A stretch of DNA of 64,000 nucleotides from Candidatus Rokuibacteriota bacterium (lineage in GTDB: Bacteria > Methylomirabilota > Methylomirabilia > Rokubacteriales > CSP1-6), in the NCBI GenBank assembly GCA_016193045.1, contig JACPSW010000059.1, forward strand, positions 49,383-113,382, read 5' to 3'. This document shows, in pieces, positions 20,337 to 29,525 of this stretch; the first letter of the stretch is position 1; the number at the start of each line of letters is the position of its first letter. Below the pieces are notes generated by a model that was given only the letters and a program-made list of their open reading frames with translations, searched no databases and was not told where the DNA came from. The position numbers were made by a program, and so were the translations under genes.

Positions 20337-21358
20337 TCGGATTCCCCTTGTGGCTTGCCGATCCTTACTACGCGCGGGTCAGTTGATCTAATTGGAAGCG
20401 ACGCCCAATGCGCAATCGGTTTCTTCAGGACACAAAAGACCGCAAAGACGAAAAATTCGTCCAGCAGGGGAATTTGGCTCAGGCCCCTCAACCAGTGGCC
20501 GACTCTGAACGCCTTTCCAGAAAATCCGATGCGCTCAAAGTGAACAGTTTCAAATGGTAGAACCTTGAGCATCCGCCGGAATTGACGGATCGTCATGTGG
20601 TTGAGGTACTCCTTCCAATGTTGGTGATCCGTGTAGGGATTCGGGCGACGTTTTCCGGTGTCGGGATCGAACCAATAGTAGGCAGGTGTGTATTCGTCTG
20701 AGGCGTAAAGGTAAGCCGCGGCGTTCAGGAGTGTCTCCATCGAGAAGACCGTATGGAGCCACGGAAGCGGAAGGATGTCCTCAAGGTGTGAACCATACGG
20801 ACCAAGCCAGGGATGAAAGTGGACCAGAAACACACCCCCCGGGCGCAAGAGGCGATAGCACTCCCTGAAAATGTCTTCGGCCCGGCTGAGATGTTCAACG
20901 GTGTCTACGGTGTAGACCACATCGACGGACTCGTTGGGCAGGGGAATGCCCGAGGCCGTGGATTCCACAAAATGGATTCCGTTGCCGTGCTCGGCGCGCC
21001 CACGGGCCAGAGCCGATCTATCAATGTCAATTCCGATTGGCGAAAACTGCTCCTGCTGGCGAAAGGCCTTGAGGAGGTATCCCGTCGAGCATCCGAGCTC
21101 AGCGACCGACTTTCCACTGAACCGGGCGAAACGAGCGAACAGGCCGTAGTATCTCTCGATGTTTGACAAGCGGTCATCCACATGGTTCTGAGCGCTATCG
21201 TATCTCGCTCCCAGTCGGCCGTATCTCAAACCGAACCGTCGGAGTCGTCCGCTAAGAAACACTCGAGCGACGGCCAAACATACCTTCTCCGAAACCCGTG
21301 TGAGCTCTGGCCGCCCATTCAGTGCGACATCCTGCATTTTCGCCTCATGCTGGCCCAC
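20333..21358 (-). CDS. Class I SAM-dependent methyltransferase.
   Basis: SAM-binding motif I (VAELGCSTGYL), motif post-I (IGIDID) and LLRPGGVF are present. Confidence 0.75.
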   Translation of the reverse strand: MGQHEAKMQDVALNGRPELTRVSEKVCLAVARVFLSGRLRRFGLRYGRLGARYDSAQNHVDDRLSNIERYYGLFARFARFSGKSVAELGCSTGYLLKAFRQQEQFSPIGIDIDRSALARGRAEHGNGIHFVESTASGIPLPNESVDVVYTVDTVEHLSRAEDIFRECYRLLRPGGVFLVHFHPWLGPYGSHLEDILPLPWLHTVFSMETLLNAAAYLYASDEYTPAYYWFDPDTGKRRPNPYTDHQHWKEYLNHMTIRQFRRMLKVLPFETVHFERIGFSGKAFRVGHWLRGLSQIPLLDEFFVFAVFCVLKKPIAHWASLPIRSTDPRVVRIGKPQGESE

Positions 21359-21743
21359 GGAACCCTCCGTCAGAAGGTCCTAACAGTCGTTCGAAGGCCC
21401 ACAAGCAAGGTGTGCCGTGAGGAGGGCGGCTGGAGAAGTCCGGGGCGTCATCACGGTTCCCATCGCCGAGCTGGCCGTAGTCGTTCAGCCCCCAGCACCG
21501 CACCGTGGCCTCCTCCAGGAGCGCGCAGGTGTGGAAGGCGCCGGCTTCGACGGCGGTGGCCGTGCTGATTACGGTCGCCGTGAACTGCTGGGTCTGGCCG
21601 ACGGCGATGGTGGGATCCGCCGGCGTGACGCTGATGGCCTGGGCGGCGACCTCATCTGTAGCCAGAGCGAGCACGAGGCTGAAGACGCCGGACAAAACCA
21701 GTGCTCTTGCCTTCCATTGTGGACCACGCCCATGTGGCTTCAT
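21345..21743 (-). pseudogene. Truncated paralog of the RCC1-repeat secreted protein. Only the signal peptide, Ig-like (Big_2) segment and first RCC1 blade survive before the frame diverges.
   Basis: About 300 bp (roughly 21440-21745) are near-identical to the 5' end of the full gene (roughly 24185-24444), including a 53-bp identical run (gccgtgaactgctgggtctggccgacggcgatggtgggatccgccggcgtgac). After about 100 codons the homology ends, and the ORF runs into the start of the methyltransferase gene. Confidence 0.5.
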
Positions 21744-21787
21744 GCGATGAAGGCGCCTCTAGAGCAGCAGCACCGCGGCGACGCCTC

Positions 21788-22885
21788 CTAGCGGACGCGA
21801 TAGACCGCGACAAACAGGCTGTTCAACACGGGAGCGTCGGCCAGCCGGCCCAACACGCCGAAGCTCATGCCAAGCTTGGCGTAAAAGTGTGCCTCGACCA
21901 GAGCCGCGCCCCGCGGAGCCAACTGCCGCGTAAGCTCGCCCAAGGTCGCGACGTTCTTGATGTGAGCAAAGTACGAGGGCCGGCCCGTCAGTCGGAACGT
22001 GAGCTGCTCCACCTTGCGGTAAATCGCCGACTTGTTTGGGAGCGAAACAATCAGGTGCCCGCCCTTGTTAAGCAGGTTCACAACGACATTCAGGCAGTGG
22101 GGCAGATCATCCACGTAATCCAGCACACTCGAACACAAGAGCAGGTCCGCCTTGGCGAGACCCGCGCCCGGCAAGTCCTCCAGCCGGTTGCAGCCAAACC
22201 TCACGTTCAGCACCTTCAACTCCGCCTGTTTCTGCTTGCAAAATTCGATCATCTCCGGGCTGGCGTCGATGCCAACGACCATCTTGTTGAATTTGGCCGC
22301 CGCGAAGCTGAACATCCCGACCCCACAGCCCACATCCAGGACCGAGGCAGCTGGCGAACTGTACTTCTCGATCAGCTTCGTCCAGACCGAGTAGCGCTCG
22401 CGGAAATCGGGGGCCTTTTGGTATTTCGCCGCAAATCCGTGGACGCATCGCGAGTGGAACTCGATGGCGTCTTTGGCCTTCATGCTTCGACTGACGTTCC
22501 CGCACATTGTGGTGTCATCCTGCGAACGGCGGCCCACACCGCTGCATATGAGCGCGACGAGCAGAACGCCAGTGAGGTTGAGGCCGACATCCATCGGCGA
22601 CAGGCTTCGGCCTGGCACCCCGCCCTGGTACCACTCGACGGAGAGCCCCAAGGCGCTGCCGACTGCAAGCACCAGCGCGGCGCGCTGCCGGACCGGCCAC
22701 CGGCGGAAGGCCAAGGTCAGGCACAAGGCGAGGCACGCGAAAAGCGGGATATGCGAGGCATTCCAAGCGAACCGCCAGAACCCCCTGCCCGCCGGTGTCG
22801 CGCCTCCGGGGAGAGACGATACGTAGAAGAGGGCCCCTACGTAAGCCAGGCTCAGAACGGTATAGACGGGAGACAGTCGTTTCAA
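21788..22885 (-). CDS. Fusion protein of a VanZ-like membrane domain (N-terminal) and a class I SAM-dependent methyltransferase (C-terminal).
   Basis: Residues 1-120 form four hydrophobic helices with a VanZ-like signature (VSSLPG...H, SVEWYQ). The C-terminal part has the VLDVGCGVGMFS SAM motif I, GIDAS, and LNKGGHLIV. Confidence 0.7.
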   Translation of the reverse strand: MKRLSPVYTVLSLAYVGALFYVSSLPGGATPAGRGFWRFAWNASHIPLFACLALCLTLAFRRWPVRQRAALVLAVGSALGLSVEWYQGGVPGRSLSPMDVGLNLTGVLLVALICSGVGRRSQDDTTMCGNVSRSMKAKDAIEFHSRCVHGFAAKYQKAPDFRERYSVWTKLIEKYSSPAASVLDVGCGVGMFSFAAAKFNKMVVGIDASPEMIEFCKQKQAELKVLNVRFGCNRLEDLPGAGLAKADLLLCSSVLDYVDDLPHCLNVVVNLLNKGGHLIVSLPNKSAIYRKVEQLTFRLTGRPSYFAHIKNVATLGELTRQLAPRGAALVEAHFYAKLGMSFGVLGRLADAPVLNSLFVAVYRVR

Positions 22886-22997
22886 AACCTGTCAGGCTGT
22901 CACGGCGGCGCTGATGCGTTTGCTGGACCTGCTGCTGATCGAAGAACGACCTGATCCGAACCTCATCACAGGCCCCTCAATGACGGTGGCTAGCTTG

Positions 22998-23026
22998 AAT
23001 CCCCGCAGTTGATCGCCGCGGGGATT
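22998..23026 (-). terminator. Perfect 9-bp stem hairpin immediately downstream of the RCC1 gene; an intra-locus terminator- or attenuator-like element.
   Basis: AATCCCCGC-11 nt loop-GCGGGGATT begins 6 nt after the RCC1 gene stop (23032). No U-tract follows. Confidence 0.25.
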
Positions 23027-23031
23027 GGAGG

Positions 23032-24444
23032 TCACGGTAACACTGTGAGCGTGGTGCTCCCACTCCGGCCGCCGGAGGTCGCGGTGATCGTCGTGAATCC
23101 CGGGAGGAGGCCCGTGGCCAACCCAGTCGCAGTGATCGTGGCGACCGTCTCGTCGTCGCTCGTCCACGTCGCGCCGAGCCCGACCACTGTCACGGGAGTG
23201 AAGGCATCGGTGGTGGCGCCGTTGCCGAGCCGGCCGAACAGGCCCCGCCCCCAGCATTGCACCGTTCCGCCCGGAAGGAGCGCGCAGCCATGCTCGGCGC
23301 CCGATGTGGCGGCGGTGGCGGTAGTGATTCCGGTGACCCCGGCTCCCGGGGTGGCAAAAACGCCTCTCGGGCTCCCGTCGCCGCGCTGGCCGTAGTTGTT
23401 GTCCCCCCAGCATTGCACCCTTCCGTCCCCAAGGAGCACGCAGGTGTGCTCGGCGCCGGGTGCGAGGGCGGCGGGGGTGATGCCGCTGATGGTCACTGGG
23501 GTGGAGGACGAATTGAATGCTGGTGTCTGGCCGAGCTGGCCAAACTCGTTCCAGCCCCAGCATTGCATCGTGCCGTCCTGAAGGAGCGCGCAAGTGTGGA
23601 AGATGCCGGACTTGATGGCGACGTCCGTGGTGATTCCGGTGACCTCCACCGGGATGGGGGTGGGCCTGGGGGCGGGGGGGGCGGGGCGTTGAGTGATCGG
23701 GCTCCCATCGCCGAGCTGGCCGTACTCGTTCCGCCCCCAGCAGCGCACCCTGCCGTCCTGAAGGAGCGCGCAGGTGTGCCACCCGCCGGCGGAGACGGCG
23801 GTGGCCGTGGTGATTCCGAACACTTCCACCGGGGTGGAGTTGGTGAATAGTGGGAATAGCGCGGGTGCAGTGGTCCCGTTGCCAAGCTGGCCGTAGTCGT
23901 TCTGCCCCCAGCACCGCACGGTGCCGTTCTGAAGCAGCGCGCAGGTGTGGTAACCGCCGCCCGTCACGGCCGTGGCAGTGGTCATTCCGGTGACCGGCAC
24001 CGGCGTGGCGGAGAAGAAGGCAGTGGTGGCGGGGTCGCCGAGCTGGCCTTCACTGTTCCGCCCCCAGCATCCGAGCGTGCCGTCGGGAAAGCGCGCGCAG
24101 GTGTGGAAGCCGCCGCCCGTGACCGCCGCGGCGCCCGTGACCCCGGCGACCGCCACCGGGGTGGAGGAATCGGTTCGGGTCCCGTCGCCGAGCTGGCTGT
24201 AGTCGTTCAGCCCCCAGCAGCGCAGCGTGGCATCCTCCAAGAGCGCGCAGGTGTGGAAGGCCCCGGCTTCGACAGCGGAAGCCGTGTCGATTCCGGTCGC
24301 CGTGAACTGCTGGGTCTGGCCGACGGCGATGGTGGGATCCGCCGGCGTGACCGCGATGGTCTGCGCCACGACCTCGTCGGCGGCCAGAAGAGAGACGAGG
24401 CCGAGGACACCTAAGACAAGGACGAGGCTCGCATTTCTCTTCAT
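23032..24444 (-). CDS. Secreted RCC1-repeat (seven-blade beta-propeller) protein flanked by bacterial Ig-like (Big_2) domains.
   Basis: Signal peptide MKRNASLVLVLGVLGLVSLLAA. Seven repeats of the GxHTCALLxDGxxxCWGxNxxGQLGDG consensus follow. Big_2-like segments sit at the N-terminus (IAVTPADPTIAVGQTQQFTATG) and C-terminus. Confidence 0.8.
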   Translation of the reverse strand: MKRNASLVLVLGVLGLVSLLAADEVVAQTIAVTPADPTIAVGQTQQFTATGIDTASAVEAGAFHTCALLEDATLRCWGLNDYSQLGDGTRTDSSTPVAVAGVTGAAAVTGGGFHTCARFPDGTLGCWGRNSEGQLGDPATTAFFSATPVPVTGMTTATAVTGGGYHTCALLQNGTVRCWGQNDYGQLGNGTTAPALFPLFTNSTPVEVFGITTATAVSAGGWHTCALLQDGRVRCWGRNEYGQLGDGSPITQRPAPPAPRPTPIPVEVTGITTDVAIKSGIFHTCALLQDGTMQCWGWNEFGQLGQTPAFNSSSTPVTISGITPAALAPGAEHTCVLLGDGRVQCWGDNNYGQRGDGSPRGVFATPGAGVTGITTATAATSGAEHGCALLPGGTVQCWGRGLFGRLGNGATTDAFTPVTVVGLGATWTSDDETVATITATGLATGLLPGFTTITATSGGRSGSTTLTVLP

Positions 24445-24802
24445 CTCGTACCCTCCGCTCTACTTCTCTTTCGTAATCCACTCACCTTTTCGGGAGCCAC
24501 GCTCCACGATCAGTGCCGTCATCCTGACGCCATCCTAGAATCTCGAGCGGGGAAGGACAATCAGGTGGAAACCCGCATCAACCATGGGGGAATCCCCGAA
24601 CAGGTGGGGGAGGCGGCCTACAGTCGAGGCGTGCGGTTTGCGGTTCGATTTTGTAGCCAGTCAGGCTATGAGAGTTGATGCGATCGAGTCACGCTCGCTG
24701 CAGAGCGACCGATCGCTGTCTCGGGACCGAGAGACGAAGACCCTGTGGGGTGCCCGCCCTCCGTCAGTACCGCCCGGGGGCGGGCACCCCATCAATTGGC
24801 CT

Positions 24803-26452
24803 TCAGCCCAGCTTCTGGAACGCGTCGGCGGCGCGGAGCACCGTACCATCCTCCCAATGACGTCCAATCAGCATCATGCCGACTGGGAGTCCCGCGGACA
24901 TGCCGGCCGGGACGGTAGCTGCGGGATGGCCGGTCACGTCGAAGGGGGCGGTGTTGGCGATCATCTCGAGGGCCCGCGCCACGTACTCCTCGCGGCTGGC
25001 GTTGGGCGCGGGGAGCAGAGTAGCCTTCAGCGGCAGCGTCGGCATCAGGAGCAGATCCACGTTCTTCAGGGCCTCGTCGTAGGCGGCCCGGAGCACGCGG
25101 GCCAGGTTCTGGGCCTTGGCGTAGTAGCGGCCCTGGTAGTTGTCCTGCATGTACTGGCCGAGCAGGATGACCAGCTTGACGGTCTCCGACAGGTCATTGG
25201 CGCGCGCCCGTCGGCTCCGGCCGTAGAAGTCCAGCAGCGAGGTGGTATAGTGGCCCTTCCAGTTCGTCCCCATGCTGTTGCCGGCGACCATCAGCATAGT
25301 CGCGCCCTCGACGGCGATCGCATTCCAGATGTCGAGGCCGTCACGGTGGAGCGGGATGGACACCTCGCTCACGGAGGCCCCGGCCCCTGTCAAGCGCTGC
25401 CCGGCCTGGCGCACCATGTCATCCACGTCCCGCTCGGAGTTAGGCCAGGCGAACCCCTCCTTCACGATCCCGATGCGCAGGCCCCGGGCGTCTCCGGTGA
25501 GCCGCTTCGTGTACGCATCCGTGCGGAGCCCGGCTGGCTGGCGTGGGTCGAGGCCGTCGGGCCCGGCGATCACCTCCAGGAGCAGGGCGCAGTCAGCGGC
25601 GCTGCGGGCGATGGGGCCGGTGTGATCCAGCGTGAGCTCGATCGGGAAGACACCCGTGTAGGGCACCAGACCATAGGTCGGCTTGTGGCCGACGGCGCCG
25701 CAGAATGAACTCGGGATCCGGATCGATCCGCCCTGATCGCCGCCCATGGCCATGTCGCACTCGCGGGCTACCACCAGGGCCGCGCTACCGCTGGAGGAGC
25801 CGCCGGCCGATCGCTTCGGGTCGTGGGGGTTGAGGACGGGTCCCGTATCCGAGGTGTGGCTGCCGCCCGAGAAGCAAAGGTGCTCGCAGACCGACTTGCC
25901 AATGATCTCCCCGCCCGCGTCCAGAATGCGGGTCACGATGGTCGCGTCGACGTCGGGCACATAGCCTTCGAGGACGTTGGAACCGTTCATCATCGGGATC
26001 CCGGCGACGCAGACGTTGTCCTTGATCGCGATCTTCTTGCCGGCGAGCAGCCCGGAGGGCGCACCCTTGATCGAGGACTTCCAGTACCACGCGTTGAGCC
26101 GATTCTCAGAGGCGGGCGGACGGTGTCCCGCGTCCCGCGGGTACTTCACCGGCAGCGTGGGCTCCGCGAACTGGTCGAGGCGGCGGTACGAGGCGAGCAC
26201 CCCGTCCATAAGATTACGGAACGACGCGAGGTCCTCACGGCTCAGGTCCAGGCCGTAGGACCTGGCAATGCGCTCCAACTCGCCTAGCGGCGGCTTGCGC
26301 AGGATCCGCGGGGCGGTCGCGGCTGGTGGCGGGGCCTGCACCTCTGCGGCCCCGGCCTGGCTAGGCCTTGTCGGAGTGACGAGGGTCGCCGCCATGGCGG
26401 CCGCGCTCGTACGGAGAAACTGGCGACGCGAATGTTTCGGCGAACCTAGCAT
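24803..26452 (-). CDS. Amidase-signature-family amidase, TAT-exported.
   Basis: Start at MLGSPKHSRRQFLRTSAAAMAATLV (twin-arginine motif; GAGGAGG ribosome-binding site). The amidase-signature core (GGSSSGSAALVA) and Ser-cisSer-Lys triad region are present. Confidence 0.85.
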   Translation of the reverse strand: MLGSPKHSRRQFLRTSAAAMAATLVTPTRPSQAGAAEVQAPPPAATAPRILRKPPLGELERIARSYGLDLSREDLASFRNLMDGVLASYRRLDQFAEPTLPVKYPRDAGHRPPASENRLNAWYWKSSIKGAPSGLLAGKKIAIKDNVCVAGIPMMNGSNVLEGYVPDVDATIVTRILDAGGEIIGKSVCEHLCFSGGSHTSDTGPVLNPHDPKRSAGGSSSGSAALVVARECDMAMGGDQGGSIRIPSSFCGAVGHKPTYGLVPYTGVFPIELTLDHTGPIARSAADCALLLEVIAGPDGLDPRQPAGLRTDAYTKRLTGDARGLRIGIVKEGFAWPNSERDVDDMVRQAGQRLTGAGASVSEVSIPLHRDGLDIWNAIAVEGATMLMVAGNSMGTNWKGHYTTSLLDFYGRSRRARANDLSETVKLVILLGQYMQDNYQGRYYAKAQNLARVLRAAYDEALKNVDLLLMPTLPLKATLLPAPNASREEYVARALEMIANTAPFDVTGHPAATVPAGMSAGLPVGMMLIGRHWEDGTVLRAADAFQKLG

Positions 26453-26575
26453 CGCACATCCTCCTCTTGACCGGCGGGTTGTGAAACCAATCACCAGGAA
26501 AGCGTCGCCCCACGGTCTGCCGCTTCGTCTGGAAACATGACCGGGCGCCACTTCCCGTCAACACACATTCCTAAT

Positions 26576-29089
26576 TCATCGCGCAACCGCGCTAGATGGT
26601 GGGAAATCTGGGAGAAGGTCACCTGCGCTCGTCTCACCCGCCAAATCATGGACTCCACTGCGCAGCTTCCTGAATACGGCAAAAGCCAGCGCGTACAAAC
26701 CCAGTGCGACCAGGATAGCGACGTTCAAACCGAACGCTATGCTGATTGGCACGCTCAGTAGACCACCAACGACGGTAAACAAGCCGTTCATCCCCCACGC
26801 CCAAGCGATTGCACCACGAGGCTGGTTTGCGATCGCTAGAATGCCCAGAGGGAACGGCATACCGAGGAGAAACCCTACAGGAAATATCATAACCCCCGAC
26901 GCGAGGATTCTACCGGTAAGAGGCAATCCGAGAACCAGACCGGATAGCCATGGATAGAGTATCACAAACGCAAGACCCACGGCGAGGACTCCCAGGAACG
27001 GTATCGCCCATCTGCGCCGACATTCAATCCCCAACATCTCCGACGACCCGCTGCCGATTCCCGCTGCAAGCAGCAATGTGAATATGACCGTCGAATACGT
27101 GTGCAGTGGGCTGCCGATCAGTTGCATGAATTTTTGTATGAAGACGAGCTCAAGAATAATGAACCCCGCACCCAGGCAAGAAAAGTACAAGAGCAACGGT
27201 ACAGCGCTCGTCCCCCTTTCTCTGCCAATCTTCGAGAATCGCAGAGGAACCAGAACAAACAGCAATACAAATACAGCAGAAGCGAATCCGGTAAAGAATA
27301 AGTGCACCCAATCCATCGGAATGACGCCTTTGATGAGTGATTGGTTCAGAACAGCTGCAGTCCCCACATCCAGATAGTTCCTTGCATCCGGGTCCAAGCG
27401 CTCGATCGTCTTTCGAAGCAATCCAAAATAGGGTCTGTCGTCCGTGCGCGGCGTGACGTGAACGGCCATCCGGTCGGCCAGCTCATCGGGAAAACCCCCG
27501 GAATAAAACTCCTGCGACAGGAACCTCTCCTTCGGCTCCAGCGGATTCTCAACAAGACTCAGACGATGGTCTTCATCAGCCTCAGGCGGCGCCAGGAACT
27601 TGTTCAGCGACGCAATTTCCGCGGCTGTCCATGGCTGATTCTTTACCAGCAGAGTGGGCAGCAGAGGTTCCAGTGGGTAGGCATAGACAGCAACGTGGCG
27701 TGCAAAATCGGTTCGTCCCATGCGCTTCCACGCCAGCGCAGCGGTCGTAATCATTCTCGGATATGCATAGTGATTAATGTGCAGTATGCCATTGGCGGTC
27801 AGCCGCGAGAAATACTCCTGATAAGCCTCGGCAGTCTGCAGATACACCGGCGCTAGGGCGCCCGTGCCCTGCGCAACGCTCGAGCTTGTGTGATTGCTAT
27901 AGATCTGAATGACGTCGTACTTGCGGTCGCTGTGGCGTAAGAAGCTTCGACCTTCACCAGCCTGAACGCGCACAGCCGGGTTGTGAAATATGTGGCCGAT
28001 ATACTTCGAGTACCGACCGGTCGCGAGTTCGACTACGGTCGGCACCAGCTCTACAGCATCGATATAGGTCGCACCGTACATCAGGGCGGCTTTTGTTTCC
28101 TGGCCGCCTGCGCTCCCAATTACCAAGACCCTGTGCCCCGCATCGCGTTTCAGGTAGTGCGACGCCAAAACGCCGATCTGCCAGAAGTGCTCAGTAATAC
28201 GGGATTTGTCGTGCTCGATATGTTCCCGAAGAGACTTCAGATCGCCGTCAAACTTATAGAAGTAACTCGTCTGATTACCGCCGTCGTACTGAATGGCCTT
28301 TCGATCACCGTACCGATGCCATGGCGTGGATATTTCAGGTGACCACGTTTCATCGATCACCTCGATCTTTGATATCGGATCCCAGCGAACGAGCTCGCGC
28401 CTGCCTTTTTCGACGGCGTCCTTCACCCTCCCCTGCTTGTCCATGTGCTGCACAAAGTCAATATAGTCTGGTGCTTTGACCATTGGCAGGGCGACGGCCA
28501 GGACCGCTAGAACACCAGCAGCGCGACTGCGGAATCGCGACTCTGTAAACAACGCCGCCGCCAGGAGTCCCAGTCCCGCCGCACACACAATAAGGCCGCC
28601 AGGGCCGAGTGTTGATATGAATGGAACGACGATCACACTCCCCAAGCCCGCGCCGATCAGATCCCAGAAATACAATCTTTGAATCCTCAGCGCATATTTT
28701 GAGAACGTTGCAATGAGTACGTAACCGGCCAGAAAGAATGGAAGAAGCAGAGCCACGTACAGAAGGGCGAACGATGCCACGGTGATGAACGGACGTCGGA
28801 CGATGCTCGTGTAGTCAAGCGGCAAGACGTTGATCAGTGGGATCACCAACGCAGTCGTCGCCGCAAATCCAACGCTTCCTGTAAAAAGAATCTCACTGAT
28901 CTCTCGATCTACCGGAATCGGGCGCAGGGTCGCCCACACTCCAGCCAGACCAAAGGCGAATACGGCGACTGTTACGACGAAATAGGCGATGTTAGGGGCC
29001 AGCATCACGTCAAACACACGCGTAAGCATGAGCTCAAGCACCAGCGTCGCAAGAGCAATCAACAGGATTCCGCACGAAAGCCTGCGCAT
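26576..29089 (-). CDS. Large polytopic membrane protein with a central spermidine/spermine-synthase-like (aminopropyltransferase-fold) domain.
   Basis: 837 aa. An N-terminal block of about 7 transmembrane helices is followed by a soluble domain with VLVIGSAGGQETKAALMYGATYIDAVELVP...DVIQIY (a SpeE-like class I methyltransferase fold), then a second multi-helix membrane block. Its GC content is markedly lower than that of its neighbours. Confidence 0.65.
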   Translation of the reverse strand: MRRLSCGILLIALATLVLELMLTRVFDVMLAPNIAYFVVTVAVFAFGLAGVWATLRPIPVDREISEILFTGSVGFAATTALVIPLINVLPLDYTSIVRRPFITVASFALLYVALLLPFFLAGYVLIATFSKYALRIQRLYFWDLIGAGLGSVIVVPFISTLGPGGLIVCAAGLGLLAAALFTESRFRSRAAGVLAVLAVALPMVKAPDYIDFVQHMDKQGRVKDAVEKGRRELVRWDPISKIEVIDETWSPEISTPWHRYGDRKAIQYDGGNQTSYFYKFDGDLKSLREHIEHDKSRITEHFWQIGVLASHYLKRDAGHRVLVIGSAGGQETKAALMYGATYIDAVELVPTVVELATGRYSKYIGHIFHNPAVRVQAGEGRSFLRHSDRKYDVIQIYSNHTSSSVAQGTGALAPVYLQTAEAYQEYFSRLTANGILHINHYAYPRMITTAALAWKRMGRTDFARHVAVYAYPLEPLLPTLLVKNQPWTAAEIASLNKFLAPPEADEDHRLSLVENPLEPKERFLSQEFYSGGFPDELADRMAVHVTPRTDDRPYFGLLRKTIERLDPDARNYLDVGTAAVLNQSLIKGVIPMDWVHLFFTGFASAVFVLLFVLVPLRFSKIGRERGTSAVPLLLYFSCLGAGFIILELVFIQKFMQLIGSPLHTYSTVIFTLLLAAGIGSGSSEMLGIECRRRWAIPFLGVLAVGLAFVILYPWLSGLVLGLPLTGRILASGVMIFPVGFLLGMPFPLGILAIANQPRGAIAWAWGMNGLFTVVGGLLSVPISIAFGLNVAILVALGLYALAFAVFRKLRSGVHDLAGETSAGDLLPDFPPSSAVAR

Positions 29090-29099
29090 TCTCCTGCTC

Positions 29100-29525
29100 C
29101 TAGAAGGTGTTTACCGCCCTCATCGCACAGAGACGAGCCTCGGTCGCTGACAGGACCCAGCCTCTAACGTTGACTACGCGGCCATGCAGGAAATCGTCAC
29201 GTTGCTGCTGGTGCACCAAGTCGCGGAGTTTTTCTATGTCAGTGTCCAGGAGCTCGGCACCACGGCCTGGCCACGTTGAACAAATCACACCAAGCAGCAA
29301 CTGCACGTTCGCCTCGCTGGGGACCTGCTTAAGGTATTCTCGTCCAACGATCGCGGCGCTTTCTTTACAGGCCAACACACCAGCGAGTTTCGAAGCGCCC
29401 GGATCGTGGACTCTGCTCCTACGCACGGCACCCCACGTGCCTAGTGGGCGGCAGAGACCAAGGGCCCCCACCCAAAGCATGAAAGTCAGGAAACGTCGTC
29501 TGAGGATGCTTGTAGACGGGCTCAT
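29100..29525 (-). CDS. Gluconate 2-dehydrogenase subunit-3-family small TAT-exported subunit, the partner of the GMC oxidoreductase.
   Basis: Carries the RRRFLTF twin-arginine signal at the N-terminus and is the small subunit typically encoded beside GMC flavoproteins. It overlaps the upstream GMC gene by 4 nt. Confidence 0.6.
   Translation of the reverse strand: MSPSTSILRRRFLTFMLWVGALGLCRPLGTWGAVRRSRVHDPGASKLAGVLACKESAAIVGREYLKQVPSEANVQLLLGVICSTWPGRGAELLDTDIEKLRDLVHQQQRDDFLHGRVVNVRGWVLSATEARLCAMRAVNTF

Noticed and set aside
19176-22885. A possible second lower-GC island spanning the GT1-like glycosyltransferase, methyltransferase and VanZ-methyltransferase genes.
   Set aside because: Composition looks somewhat lower than the locus average by eye, but the shift is modest and not sharply bounded. 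Without a computed GC or codon profile this was not asserted.
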